From: Candidatus Thorarchaeota archaeon
GTDB taxonomy: Archaea > Asgardarchaeota > Thorarchaeia > Thorarchaeales > Thorarchaeaceae
Assembly (NCBI GenBank): GCA_016933575.1
Contig: JAFGAR010000151.1
Span: 1 to 64,000, forward strand
Length of the DNA stretch: 64,000 bases
Direction of reading: 5' to 3'
The notes under the pieces were generated by a model. The model saw only the letters and a program-made list of their open reading frames with translations. It did not search any database and had not been told where the DNA came from. Below are positions 1 to 8,809 of the stretch, piece after piece (the stretch's first letter is position 1; every line of letters begins with the position of its first letter). A program made the position numbers and the translations under genes.

Positions 1-472
1 GGCTCTAACAACGAACAACCGAACTGAAGTCGTGCAGAAGCACAAGAGAAATCCCCTCTCCACAGAGGCTGTAGCATACGCATACCTTACAGTTGTGAGG
101 TAGACCTTCATGATTACTGAGCGTCTGATCAATTGGCTAGTCTCTGACCCCAGTTACATTGATTCCTGGTCACAGAGTGGTCATAGAAGTGGTCAGTCAG
201 TCTCAGAAAGAGCATATCCTGTGACCAACGTATAATGGAGTGAGAATGATAATGATGACATCAATGAATAATCGAAGTATTCTTTCAATTACAATGGAAA
301 CCAGGTCAATACAAATCCAATCTAAGGATTCCCTGATTAATACCATAATTAGCACTAGGAGTTGATTGAATGGCATTTACACTCATCAATCCAACACCAC
401 GTGTCCTCAATAGATCAAGGCCCAAGATCTCAACGGATGCAATTGCTTGGGCATATTTCAGGAGGTAAGAGG

Positions 473-1819
473 ATGACACAGGCTGAAAAAATGGATTATG
501 TGGATAACGATGATAAAAAAATGGGAATCATGCATGTTCTAGGTCATCGTGACTTCGCACGTCTCTGGTCTGGTCAACTTGTTTCGAACATTGGGACTGC
601 AATTTCGTCATTAGCTCTTTTGTTCTATGCGTATGAACTTACAGGGTCTGCAATGGCAATGGCAATTCTTGCAATGGCTGAAACTATTCCGGTCGTCATC
701 TTTGCTGGCTTTATTGGGGTCTATGTTGATAGATGGAATCGCAAGACCATAATGGTGATTTCTGATCTAATTCGTTGTGTCACAATCATACTTATTCCTC
801 TGACTATTCACTTCCCAACATTCATTCCCACAATTTATTGGGTGTACCTACTCACGTTTATTTTTGCTACAGCTAATGCGTGGTTCTTTCCAGCAAGGAG
901 TGCATCAATCCCCAATCTTGTTCAGGCTGATGAGCTAGTTTCCGCAAATTCTCTCTCTCAGATGACTTTCCAGGTTGTTCAGTTAGTTGTTCCTCCACTT
1001 GGGGGTATCCTTGTAGCACTCCTTGCACCTGACTATTTCATGGCGTTTGCTATTACATCCATGACATTTGCTATCTCTGCATTTGCTCTTGGGGGAATTG
1101 TTACAGATCTCCGACCCGACAACACAAGCGTGAGTGATGAATCACTACGTGTTCAGATAGTACAAGGCGGTAGATATGTCGTTGGCAATGCTATTCTATC
1201 ATTCCTATTCGTATTTGCAATCTTACTCGCTGGTTCATCAGGAATACTAAATGCACTTTTAATGCCATATTTCGAAGGCGAACTCGGCCTTGGTTCAGCA
1301 CAGATTGGTGTTGTCTTAAGCGTAGGTGCAGGATCTGGTGCTTTGACTGCTATCTACTTTAGCAGAAAGAAGAATCTCGACAAACCTCTCTATCTTGTGA
1401 CCTTTGCAGGACTACTTGCTGGCATTGGAGTGTTTTTCTTAGCTCTTGCGTTTGATCTGATTACAGTGATACTATCATGGGCAATGGTTGGTGCTGTAGA
1501 TGTCATACTTAACATTCCATTGACGGTTCTCATGCAGGAGCTAGTTGAAGACAAATTCCGTGGACGAGTTTTTGCTCTTCTAAATGTAGCATTCACATCT
1601 GTACAAGTCGTAGGAATGGCTATTGGCGGAGTCTGGGCTGAACTAGCTGGCTCTACAGGTCCACCACTCATTGGTGCAGCTCTAGCTTTGGTCTTTGTGT
1701 CATTAATAGGATTCATAGCTGTTGCTCAGATGAAACTTCATTCCCGTCTTCCTCAGAGAGTAGAAGAAGTATTTGTAGAAGAAGAACTGAATGTCTTTGA
1801 AGAGGTTCCTGTTTCATAA
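473..1819 (+). CDS. MFS transporter (DHA3/macrolide-efflux-like)
   Basis: About 12 hydrophobic segments, motif-A-like GVYVDRWNRKTIMVISDLIR, and FRGRVF in loop 10-11. Start placed at ATG 473 after GGAGGT (461-466) rather than ORF-track 362. Confidence 0.9.
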   Translation: MTQAEKMDYVDNDDKKMGIMHVLGHRDFARLWSGQLVSNIGTAISSLALLFYAYELTGSAMAMAILAMAETIPVVIFAGFIGVYVDRWNRKTIMVISDLIRCVTIILIPLTIHFPTFIPTIYWVYLLTFIFATANAWFFPARSASIPNLVQADELVSANSLSQMTFQVVQLVVPPLGGILVALLAPDYFMAFAITSMTFAISAFALGGIVTDLRPDNTSVSDESLRVQIVQGGRYVVGNAILSFLFVFAILLAGSSGILNALLMPYFEGELGLGSAQIGVVLSVGAGSGALTAIYFSRKKNLDKPLYLVTFAGLLAGIGVFFLALAFDLITVILSWAMVGAVDVILNIPLTVLMQELVEDKFRGRVFALLNVAFTSVQVVGMAIGGVWAELAGSTGPPLIGAALALVFVSLIGFIAVAQMKLHSRLPQRVEEVFVEEELNVFEEVPVS

Positions 1820-1820
1820 T

Positions 1821-2474
1821 TCATGTTGCTTCTGGAACAAAAGCTCTCCAGAGCTGTCGTGTTGCTGGATTGTAGACCAATCTTCCTCTGGAAACAAGAA
1901 TTATGACATAGAGAAAACGTCTCAGAAATTCATCAAAATCATCGTTATTGATAAGTTCATCAAAAATCACTTTCATCTTCAAGGGAATGCTTTCCAGAAA
2001 TCTGTCCAAGTCTTCAATGAAGACAGAATCTTCCGTGTCAAGGGTAAAACCATTTGGTAGACCTGACATCTCCGGAATTGGATCTTCTATGGACTCCTTT
2101 GACATGGCATCAATGAGTTGTACCACTCTTTGAAGAGAACTGCCCAATGAATTATGTTCAATATGCCCGATAACTACAGGTTGTTTTTGTGTTAGAAGTT
2201 TCGCCAAGTCCTTTGTTGATTTGCCCTTCAAACGGGCGACATAGACCTCAGGAGAGGCAAGTACTCTTGCAAGTTCTTGAACGCGATTCACCTTTGTTCC
2301 GAGAATTTCGTTAAGCATCTCATCGATATCGAGTCTGCTATCAAGTTTTGCTGCCAACTCCTGTAATTCTCTATATGGTTCAGATAGACGGATTTCCAAT
2401 GGATCAATCTCGCCGGAACGTGCAGCTTGCACTATTTGATAGACTCTCATGGTAAGGCTGTCATTCTCTCCCAA
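1821..2474 (-). CDS. ScpA-like kleisin subunit
   Basis: N-terminal GEIDPLEIRL resembles the ScpA GEIDPWDID motif. C-terminal FDELI...FLYVIILVSRGRL is a winged-helix-like cap. Lies 12 bp downstream of the SMC gene. Confidence 0.75.
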   Translation of the reverse strand: MGENDSLTMRVYQIVQAARSGEIDPLEIRLSEPYRELQELAAKLDSRLDIDEMLNEILGTKVNRVQELARVLASPEVYVARLKGKSTKDLAKLLTQKQPVVIGHIEHNSLGSSLQRVVQLIDAMSKESIEDPIPEMSGLPNGFTLDTEDSVFIEDLDRFLESIPLKMKVIFDELINNDDFDEFLRRFLYVIILVSRGRLVYNPATRQLWRAFVPEAT

Positions 2475-2486
2475 CTTGCATTTCTC

Positions 2487-5400
2487 CTATTGTGCTTTAA
2501 ATGTCGGACTCTCAATGATGACCGAGGGTTCGACTCCATTCGGTGACACGACTCCAAGAACCTTATCAGCATGCTTCAGAAGGTGTGTACTCTTTGCTGG
2601 CGTGAGAAGCAAAAACTGACTACGGCGTGATGCATTATGGAATAGTCTACTAACAAGTTCAGTATTTGTTGCATCAAGAAATGTATCGACTTCATCAAGT
2701 ACATAAACTGGCGCTGGATTGAATCTCTGTAAAGCTAGAATTAGAGAAATAGCGATTAGTGATTTCTCTCCTCCTGATCCTGCACTAATATCTCCAAAGC
2801 CCTCTGCCTTTATTCTAGATTTGAAGTCGACTCCATAGTCGCCATCTCTCATTGCAAGTTCAAATCTAATACTTCCAGGAAATTGCACACTACCAAGGAC
2901 TTCATTTACGCCTCTCTCAACCTTTCGTAGAGTTTCATTCATACCATTGTGATATTGTTCTCGAATACTCTTAACTGCTGATTCAGCTTCATCCAATTCT
3001 TCCTTAAGCTCAGCAACTCTCTCAATGAGAGTGACTAATCGAGATTTCAACTGCGACTCTGTATGTGCAACGCTCTCAGATACGTCCTGATAATCATCGA
3101 GTATATGTCTCAATTTGATAAGATCGTTTCTCACAATATCTAATGGCTTAACGATTTCAGGGCGGACCTTATTCTCCAATTCTTGTTTCAAGAGATCAAG
3201 GTCATATTCCATATTGGTGAGTTGTCTTTTTGATTGCAAAACCTGCAATTTTCTCTCTCTGATAATTAGGTTTAGCTCGACATTGCGCTCGCTCAAGGAG
3301 CGATACGTATCCTTGAGTGCCTTTAGTCTCTCTCGAATTGTTGTCTGCTTGTTTCTTGTCTCATCTCTGCTTGCTTTCATGACATCAATTTTTTCTAGTA
3401 TCTTGGATGCAGCACTCTTTGATTCCTTTATTTCAGAACGGAGTTCCTCGAGACTTGATGCTAACATATCCACTGTTTCAGTGGTCCTCTTTAGCTCTTG
3501 GCGTTTGATTTCTTCATCTCGTTCTGCAGCACTTGCTCTAGTGTCTACCTTCGTCAGTTCACTCTGAAGTTGTCTATGCTTAATTCTGAGTGCGGAATCT
3601 TGACCAATTAGCCTACTCCTCTCAGGGGGCTGCGAATTGTCCAGCTTTCTCAGGTCTCTCTCCGCCTTATCATACTCTGCTTGGAGGGTCTTCAGCTCGT
3701 CATCCAAGGCGACAATCCTCTCTTCCAGTTCTGGAATACTCCCAATGAGACTCTTTCTCCTATCCCAAGTTCCACTCCATCTCGTCATCTGACTTAGTAA
3801 GTCAAGAATTTCCTCTCTCTGATTTGTCAATGCATCTAGTTCTTGCATTGTGCTTGTGACCTGTTTCTGAGCTATAACGAGGTCCTTGTTCGCTCTTGAT
3901 AGCCGTGACTGAAGAGGTGCAGTAGACACCATTCCAGTTGGTTCTAATCTGGGATTACTTACAATCTTTTCATTGTCTGGAACAATCACTTGTCCTTCAA
4001 TAGAAACCGCTCGGAGACCCTCATTCAAAGCAAGACGTATTGCGGTCTTGGTTGTTCTTGTCAAGATAAAGTCTCCAAAAGCCCTTCTGAACAACAATTT
4101 GTCAATTTCATCTATGTTTAATCTGTCCCAGAGCAGTCCTTCAACTCCTGATGCATTCTTTAGAATTGGAGCCTCTGGAAGGTCATTGAGGTCTCTCAAC
4201 AGGATAATAGGTGAGGGGGCATTGGCAATGTCTCGGAGTTTCTGTAGAATTTGAAATTCAGATTCTTCAGTCACAATAAATGCGACTGCCATATTCTCAG
4301 GAAGTATTGCTTCTACAGCAGTAGCAATTGTGTCATCAGCTGTGAACAATTCCAACAGAGGACCTACGACTGAAACTAGGTTATGTTCAGCGATTGTCTC
4401 TTTTAATTCTCGTACAGTTTCTGGAACTCGCTTTGAGGTCTCAGAGAGTCTTGTGTTCAGATCGCCAATCTCTTTTTGCAATTGTGAAACAAGTGAGCTC
4501 TTTCTGAAGCGTTCCTCATTAAGCAATGCTATTTCTCTCTCTAACTGACCCTTTCTTTTAACAAGTTCCTTCTCATCTGATTTCTCCATCACTGCCCAGA
4601 CATTTGACCATTTACTCTCAATAGATTCGAGTTCAGCCTCTTCGACCTGGAGTCTCTCACGGACACTTCTTAGAAGTAGGTCCTTCCCTTCAATCTCCAC
4701 CTGGAGTGTCTTATACCTGCCATGAGTCTCTGCTCTTCTTGTATTCCAATCAGCAAAGACTTCTAGTTCTTCTCGTATCTTCGTTCTTTCTTCTTCGATG
4801 TTTTCAAGTTCTTCTCGCAGATGTTTTTGCTTCTCCATTGTTGACTCTTTGGAGGAGGTGATTCGTTCAATGTCCTCTTCCAACTTTGTCTTCTGTCTAG
4901 TCTGTGATTTCAATTGACTCTCTGTCTGCCGTAGTTCATTGACATGCTTCTTTGAATCTCCCTCGACCCGTGTTAGATTTCTCTCCTCTTCCTCAATCTT
5001 TGCGACTACACGACCGATTTCTACTTGGAGATTGGAATATTCTGTTTCAAGTTCTGTTGATTCAGCCTCATTATCCTTAATATTTAATTGAACCTGTGTC
5101 TGTTCCTCTAAAATCGCCACAAGTCCAGTTTCTTTATTCTCAATAACGCTCTTCAAATCGATTATCTTCTGATTGGTATCGTCGAAGGCTGCCCATTTGA
5201 GAGCAAGTTCAAGCGTCTTCTCTTGCTCTAATAGTGCTCTCTTCTTATCCAATCTGTCAAGGTCATGCTGCAATAATTCAATCTCTCTCTCTACAGACTT
5301 TGATTCAGTTAATGCCAAATCGAGTCTGGTTCGGCTTTGGACTACCTCCGTTTCTTGAAGGATTATTCTGTCTCTCAGGGAATCAAGACCAGTCCCCTCT

Positions 5401-5858
5401 TCAATAAGTCTTCTCACCTCATAGGGATCCATGTCTCGAATTGCATTGATTCGCTCTTGTGCAATAAATACCAGTGGATTATCAGTATCCAATCCAAAAG
5501 AGTCTACTATGACTCTCAGTTCAGCAGCCTTCACACGTCGTCCGTCGACATATGCTCTTGGGATACCATCACGGTCTATCTTCCGAAGTAATTTTCTATT
5601 TACCCCGTTTACTCTGAGATGAACCTCTACTTCGGCTGAACTTGCTCCATGTCTGATGAAATCACTCCATTTGCTATACCTATTCTCTCTCTGATTTGAA
5701 CCAAGAGCAAACTTGAGGGCATGAAAGATTGAGGTCTTGCCAGAGCCATTTGGTCCTGCGATCACAGTGAGACCTTCGGCGAACTCCACTGTTCCTTTGT
5801 AAAAGGAAAGGAAGTTTTCCAGCCGTGCAGAATCAATATGTACTCTAATAGCTCCCAA
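2487..5858 (-). CDS. SMC-family ATPase with SMC5/6-like motifs
   Basis: Walker A GPNGSGKT, Q-loop DNPLVFIAQ, two long coiled coils around a hinge (VVGPLLEL...AFIVTE), signature SGGEKS, Walker B/D-loop VLDEVDTFLD; 1123 aa. Confidence 0.93.
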   Translation of the reverse strand: MGAIRVHIDSARLENFLSFYKGTVEFAEGLTVIAGPNGSGKTSIFHALKFALGSNQRENRYSKWSDFIRHGASSAEVEVHLRVNGVNRKLLRKIDRDGIPRAYVDGRRVKAAELRVIVDSFGLDTDNPLVFIAQERINAIRDMDPYEVRRLIEEGTGLDSLRDRIILQETEVVQSRTRLDLALTESKSVEREIELLQHDLDRLDKKRALLEQEKTLELALKWAAFDDTNQKIIDLKSVIENKETGLVAILEEQTQVQLNIKDNEAESTELETEYSNLQVEIGRVVAKIEEEERNLTRVEGDSKKHVNELRQTESQLKSQTRQKTKLEEDIERITSSKESTMEKQKHLREELENIEEERTKIREELEVFADWNTRRAETHGRYKTLQVEIEGKDLLLRSVRERLQVEEAELESIESKWSNVWAVMEKSDEKELVKRKGQLEREIALLNEERFRKSSLVSQLQKEIGDLNTRLSETSKRVPETVRELKETIAEHNLVSVVGPLLELFTADDTIATAVEAILPENMAVAFIVTEESEFQILQKLRDIANAPSPIILLRDLNDLPEAPILKNASGVEGLLWDRLNIDEIDKLLFRRAFGDFILTRTTKTAIRLALNEGLRAVSIEGQVIVPDNEKIVSNPRLEPTGMVSTAPLQSRLSRANKDLVIAQKQVTSTMQELDALTNQREEILDLLSQMTRWSGTWDRRKSLIGSIPELEERIVALDDELKTLQAEYDKAERDLRKLDNSQPPERSRLIGQDSALRIKHRQLQSELTKVDTRASAAERDEEIKRQELKRTTETVDMLASSLEELRSEIKESKSAASKILEKIDVMKASRDETRNKQTTIRERLKALKDTYRSLSERNVELNLIIRERKLQVLQSKRQLTNMEYDLDLLKQELENKVRPEIVKPLDIVRNDLIKLRHILDDYQDVSESVAHTESQLKSRLVTLIERVAELKEELDEAESAVKSIREQYHNGMNETLRKVERGVNEVLGSVQFPGSIRFELAMRDGDYGVDFKSRIKAEGFGDISAGSGGEKSLIAISLILALQRFNPAPVYVLDEVDTFLDATNTELVSRLFHNASRRSQFLLLTPAKSTHLLKHADKVLGVVSPNGVEPSVIIESPTFKAQ

Positions 5859-5873
5859 ATCTTGTTCCCCTAG

Positions 5874-6944
5874 TTACCTTCCCATAATCCTCTGAAGTCT
5901 ATCACTACTTTTCTTGGCTCGAAGGAGTCTTGTTAACCTGTCCTCCGGTGTTCCATTAAGCAAGAATGGATATCTAGCTAGAAAACCACGGTCCTCCTTT
6001 GAAAGAGGCATTCCATCATTCAGTACCTCAATCACCCGTTGAGTCTCTGTGTAGTTCTCTCCTACTGCCATTAAATAGAGTTGGTCAAGGAAATCGTCAG
6101 GATACTCTTGCTCAATTTTGGTCAGTGTTGGGTGTGTCTTACCACTCACTCGTGCAATGACAGAATTGAGGATGGTTGGATTAGTTAATGGCACCACTCC
6201 ACTATTGCTAATCATATCCTCTATCTTCTCACGTGGAATTTGAACGCCTTCTTCTCGTTCCGTCATGAAGAGACTTGTTGCTAACCGTTTGACGTCAGCA
6301 AAACTCCATCCATCCGTTAGTTCAGCAACCACAGAGATATCGATATCCTCTCTCCCCTTCAAGACTTGCTCGAAGAGTCGTACTCGATCTTCTATTGAGG
6401 TACCTTCGATGACATACGTCTTGTCAAACGTTGCAAGTATATCCAAATCGAGAAACTGAGGTTGAGTAGTCGTTGCAATGACCAAGACCTCATTCTCATC
6501 CCAACTTGTTCGTGACATCTCATTTTGCAGAGATACTGATTGCGCTGTGTTTCTAGGTGCAATGTTGTCCAGTCTGTCAACCAACATGATTGTAGGTGAA
6601 TTTCTTCTAGCGAACTCAAATCCCACTCTTAGTATGTCAGGTCCCCTTTTAGACTCCTTTAGCAATTCCTCGATTCTGAATCTAACTAGTTTCAGTGGCA
6701 CTTCCCGGCAAAGATAATGAGTAAATGCTTCAAAGTCAGTTCCTGGTGGGCCAATGAGTAGAACACGGCTTCCAAATTTAATACCCTTATCTGACATATT
6801 TCGTTTCATGTCATCAAAACGTTTCATCAAGGCTTGGTGTTCCATAGCCTTTGTCACGACCGAGTACTGACTCAATCGCTCTCCCACTTGTTGTTCAGGT
6901 TCGACTAGGGTGACTGCCTCTGCAAATGATCTGTCTTCACTCAA
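5874..6944 (-). CDS. Classic-clade AAA+ protein with degenerate catalytic motifs (pseudo-ATPase)
   Basis: VLLIGPPGTDF (GK lost), MLVDRLD (DE to DR), VLVIATT, LDLDILATFD (Arg fingers lost), ELTDGWSFADV lid motif. Confidence 0.8.
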   Translation of the reverse strand: MSEDRSFAEAVTLVEPEQQVGERLSQYSVVTKAMEHQALMKRFDDMKRNMSDKGIKFGSRVLLIGPPGTDFEAFTHYLCREVPLKLVRFRIEELLKESKRGPDILRVGFEFARRNSPTIMLVDRLDNIAPRNTAQSVSLQNEMSRTSWDENEVLVIATTTQPQFLDLDILATFDKTYVIEGTSIEDRVRLFEQVLKGREDIDISVVAELTDGWSFADVKRLATSLFMTEREEGVQIPREKIEDMISNSGVVPLTNPTILNSVIARVSGKTHPTLTKIEQEYPDDFLDQLYLMAVGENYTETQRVIEVLNDGMPLSKEDRGFLARYPFLLNGTPEDRLTRLLRAKKSSDRLQRIMGR

Positions 6945-7075
6945 CTTGCAACCCCACTATTTGGCCTCCTGGTCAATTGTCTGAATGCATATTACGTCTT
7001 CGGAGTGTGAATAATTTCGCGCCGTTCAGTTTTCGCGCCCTCTACTGAGAGGTTCATAAGTGTTATACACAAACG

Positions 7076-8809
7076 ATGAAGTGGATTGTGCTACCCATGA
7101 CCCCTCCATCAGACAAACTGCGTGAGCTTGTCACGAACATCATTACTACTGTTGAAACTAGAGGTCTCTTTGTTCACTCAACAGATTTAGAGATCAAATA
7201 TAGTGAATCCAGCAGTGCTAAGTCGCAAGTAAAAACAATGAGGTTGCCACTTATTGTTGGGACGTGTGTCTTGAATGCTCTTGTTCCAAGATCTGCTATG
7301 CTCTTGGTAGGGGGTCATGGTGGAGGTAAGACTACACTTGCCAAAGTACTTGGTCGAATGATGACCGGTAAAAGTCTAGAAGCGATTGAAGATGGTATTC
7401 TACGAGGCCATCCTCAATTGACAGAAGAGAAGATGGTTGCCACATTGAAACCCGGTCCTCTAATGAAGGAGGGTGTCGAAGTCGTTGTCTGGCGGGCATT
7501 TGTTACTGGTTTCTGGAAAATCATCGATGAAGTAAATCGTCTAACACCCCATGCACAAAATATACTCCTTTCTCTTCTAGCGGAGGGAGAAGTCAAGTAT
7601 TATGACGATGTGAAACGGTGTGAGGAGTACTGTCTTTATGCCACACTAAATCCCGCAGATGCAGGAACATTCGATCTAGGTCCGCCATTCCTTGATAGAT
7701 TTGGTATTGCTGTACCAATCACTATGCCCACAGTAAGTGACTTAGAACTCATTCTTGCTTCAAGAGACGAGCGTCTCTTTGGATACGATGAGTTGTGGCA
7801 AGTTCCCGCTCTCCTCACTGAAGAGGACTTGTTGAAGATCTGGAATTTAGCTGACAAGGTCCCAGTCTCTCAAGAAGCGTCTGAGTACCTCCGAGCACTC
7901 GTTAGAGAATTTGGAGCCTGTATAAGAGCTGATAAGAGTCAATCATCAGGATTGACTGTGGAAACTGGTCTATGTGATGGGTGCCATTTCAACACTGCGA
8001 AAAGCGTGTGCAACAAAGTAATAATACCTCTTAGTGTTCGGGCGGCAAAAGATCTACATAGATATGCAAAAGCAGTTGCATGGTTGGTTGGTGCGCAGGA
8101 AGTCTCAACGGAGATAGTGAAATCAATTGCCCCCCTAGTGTTTTGGCATAGAACACGCTTTGTACGGGATGAGACTGAGAGGTCTCCCTATTATGGTAAC
8201 ATCTATGCATTTACAGAACATCTTGTCGAACTGGCCTCTGCACGATTTGCTCAGAGAGCACCTGCTGTAACAATTATCGAAGACCTGAAACAAGGAAAGG
8301 AATCAAATCAAGCACTAGAGGATCTCAAAGAGATGGCTAAGAGCGATCTCCTAGTAAGACTGGATTATGCAGAGTATGCAAAGGAATTGAAGAAGTCCCG
8401 GTATAGCAAGATGGTCCAGAATCTTGAGAAAGGGATTCGATCACGCGATGTTGAAGGGCTTACAAAAATCCATGAAGAACTCATCCGTGAGACTGATTTT
8501 CCCAACCGTAGTATGCTATTGAAACAGGTCTCTGATGCGCTTCACAAACTGACACTCACCCAGTTCGAGTTGACGTTTGAACAGTGGCAAGATATTTGGA
8601 CAACAATTGGAGTTCAATATCCCAAGCTCACTCCAATTCTCAAAGAGACCTTGGAACCACCAAAACGAAAAGTACTTCGTGTTGATGGTCTAACTCTTGT
8701 TATCTACGTTACTGGTGATTCCCCAGATTCCTCTGTTTTTCTAGAGATATCTGGAGGATCAGAAGCTGTAAGATTGAAGGAAGTGCTGAACAGTCAACTA
8801 GTTACTTAG
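7076..8809 (+). CDS. MoxR-family AAA+ ATPase
   Basis: GGHGGGKT, IIDEVNR, ATLNP, FLDRF, SVRAA (sensor 2). A Cys cluster (CIRAD...CDGC...VC) lies in the lid. Confidence 0.88.
   Translation: MKWIVLPMTPPSDKLRELVTNIITTVETRGLFVHSTDLEIKYSESSSAKSQVKTMRLPLIVGTCVLNALVPRSAMLLVGGHGGGKTTLAKVLGRMMTGKSLEAIEDGILRGHPQLTEEKMVATLKPGPLMKEGVEVVVWRAFVTGFWKIIDEVNRLTPHAQNILLSLLAEGEVKYYDDVKRCEEYCLYATLNPADAGTFDLGPPFLDRFGIAVPITMPTVSDLELILASRDERLFGYDELWQVPALLTEEDLLKIWNLADKVPVSQEASEYLRALVREFGACIRADKSQSSGLTVETGLCDGCHFNTAKSVCNKVIIPLSVRAAKDLHRYAKAVAWLVGAQEVSTEIVKSIAPLVFWHRTRFVRDETERSPYYGNIYAFTEHLVELASARFAQRAPAVTIIEDLKQGKESNQALEDLKEMAKSDLLVRLDYAEYAKELKKSRYSKMVQNLEKGIRSRDVEGLTKIHEELIRETDFPNRSMLLKQVSDALHKLTLTQFELTFEQWQDIWTTIGVQYPKLTPILKETLEPPKRKVLRVDGLTLVIYVTGDSPDSSVFLEISGGSEAVRLKEVLNSQLVT

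Noticed and set aside
1-330. Possible 3' gene remnant in + frame 2
   Set aside because: Protein-like composition but several stops and no recognisable motif; a call cannot be supported.
362-472. N-terminal extension of the MFS ORF
   Set aside because: A good RBS precedes ATG 473 and the extension does not look protein-like.
3115-5622. Multiple + strand ORFs inside the SMC gene (and similar antisense ORFs throughout the window)
   Set aside because: Antisense shadows of strongly supported genes; Ser-rich with no motifs.
1821-6944. Wadjet (JetABCD)/MksBEFG interpretation
   Set aside because: No JetD/Toprim nuclease or KITE gene, and the SMC and kleisin motifs are Smc/SMC5-6/ScpA-like rather than MukB/JetC-like.
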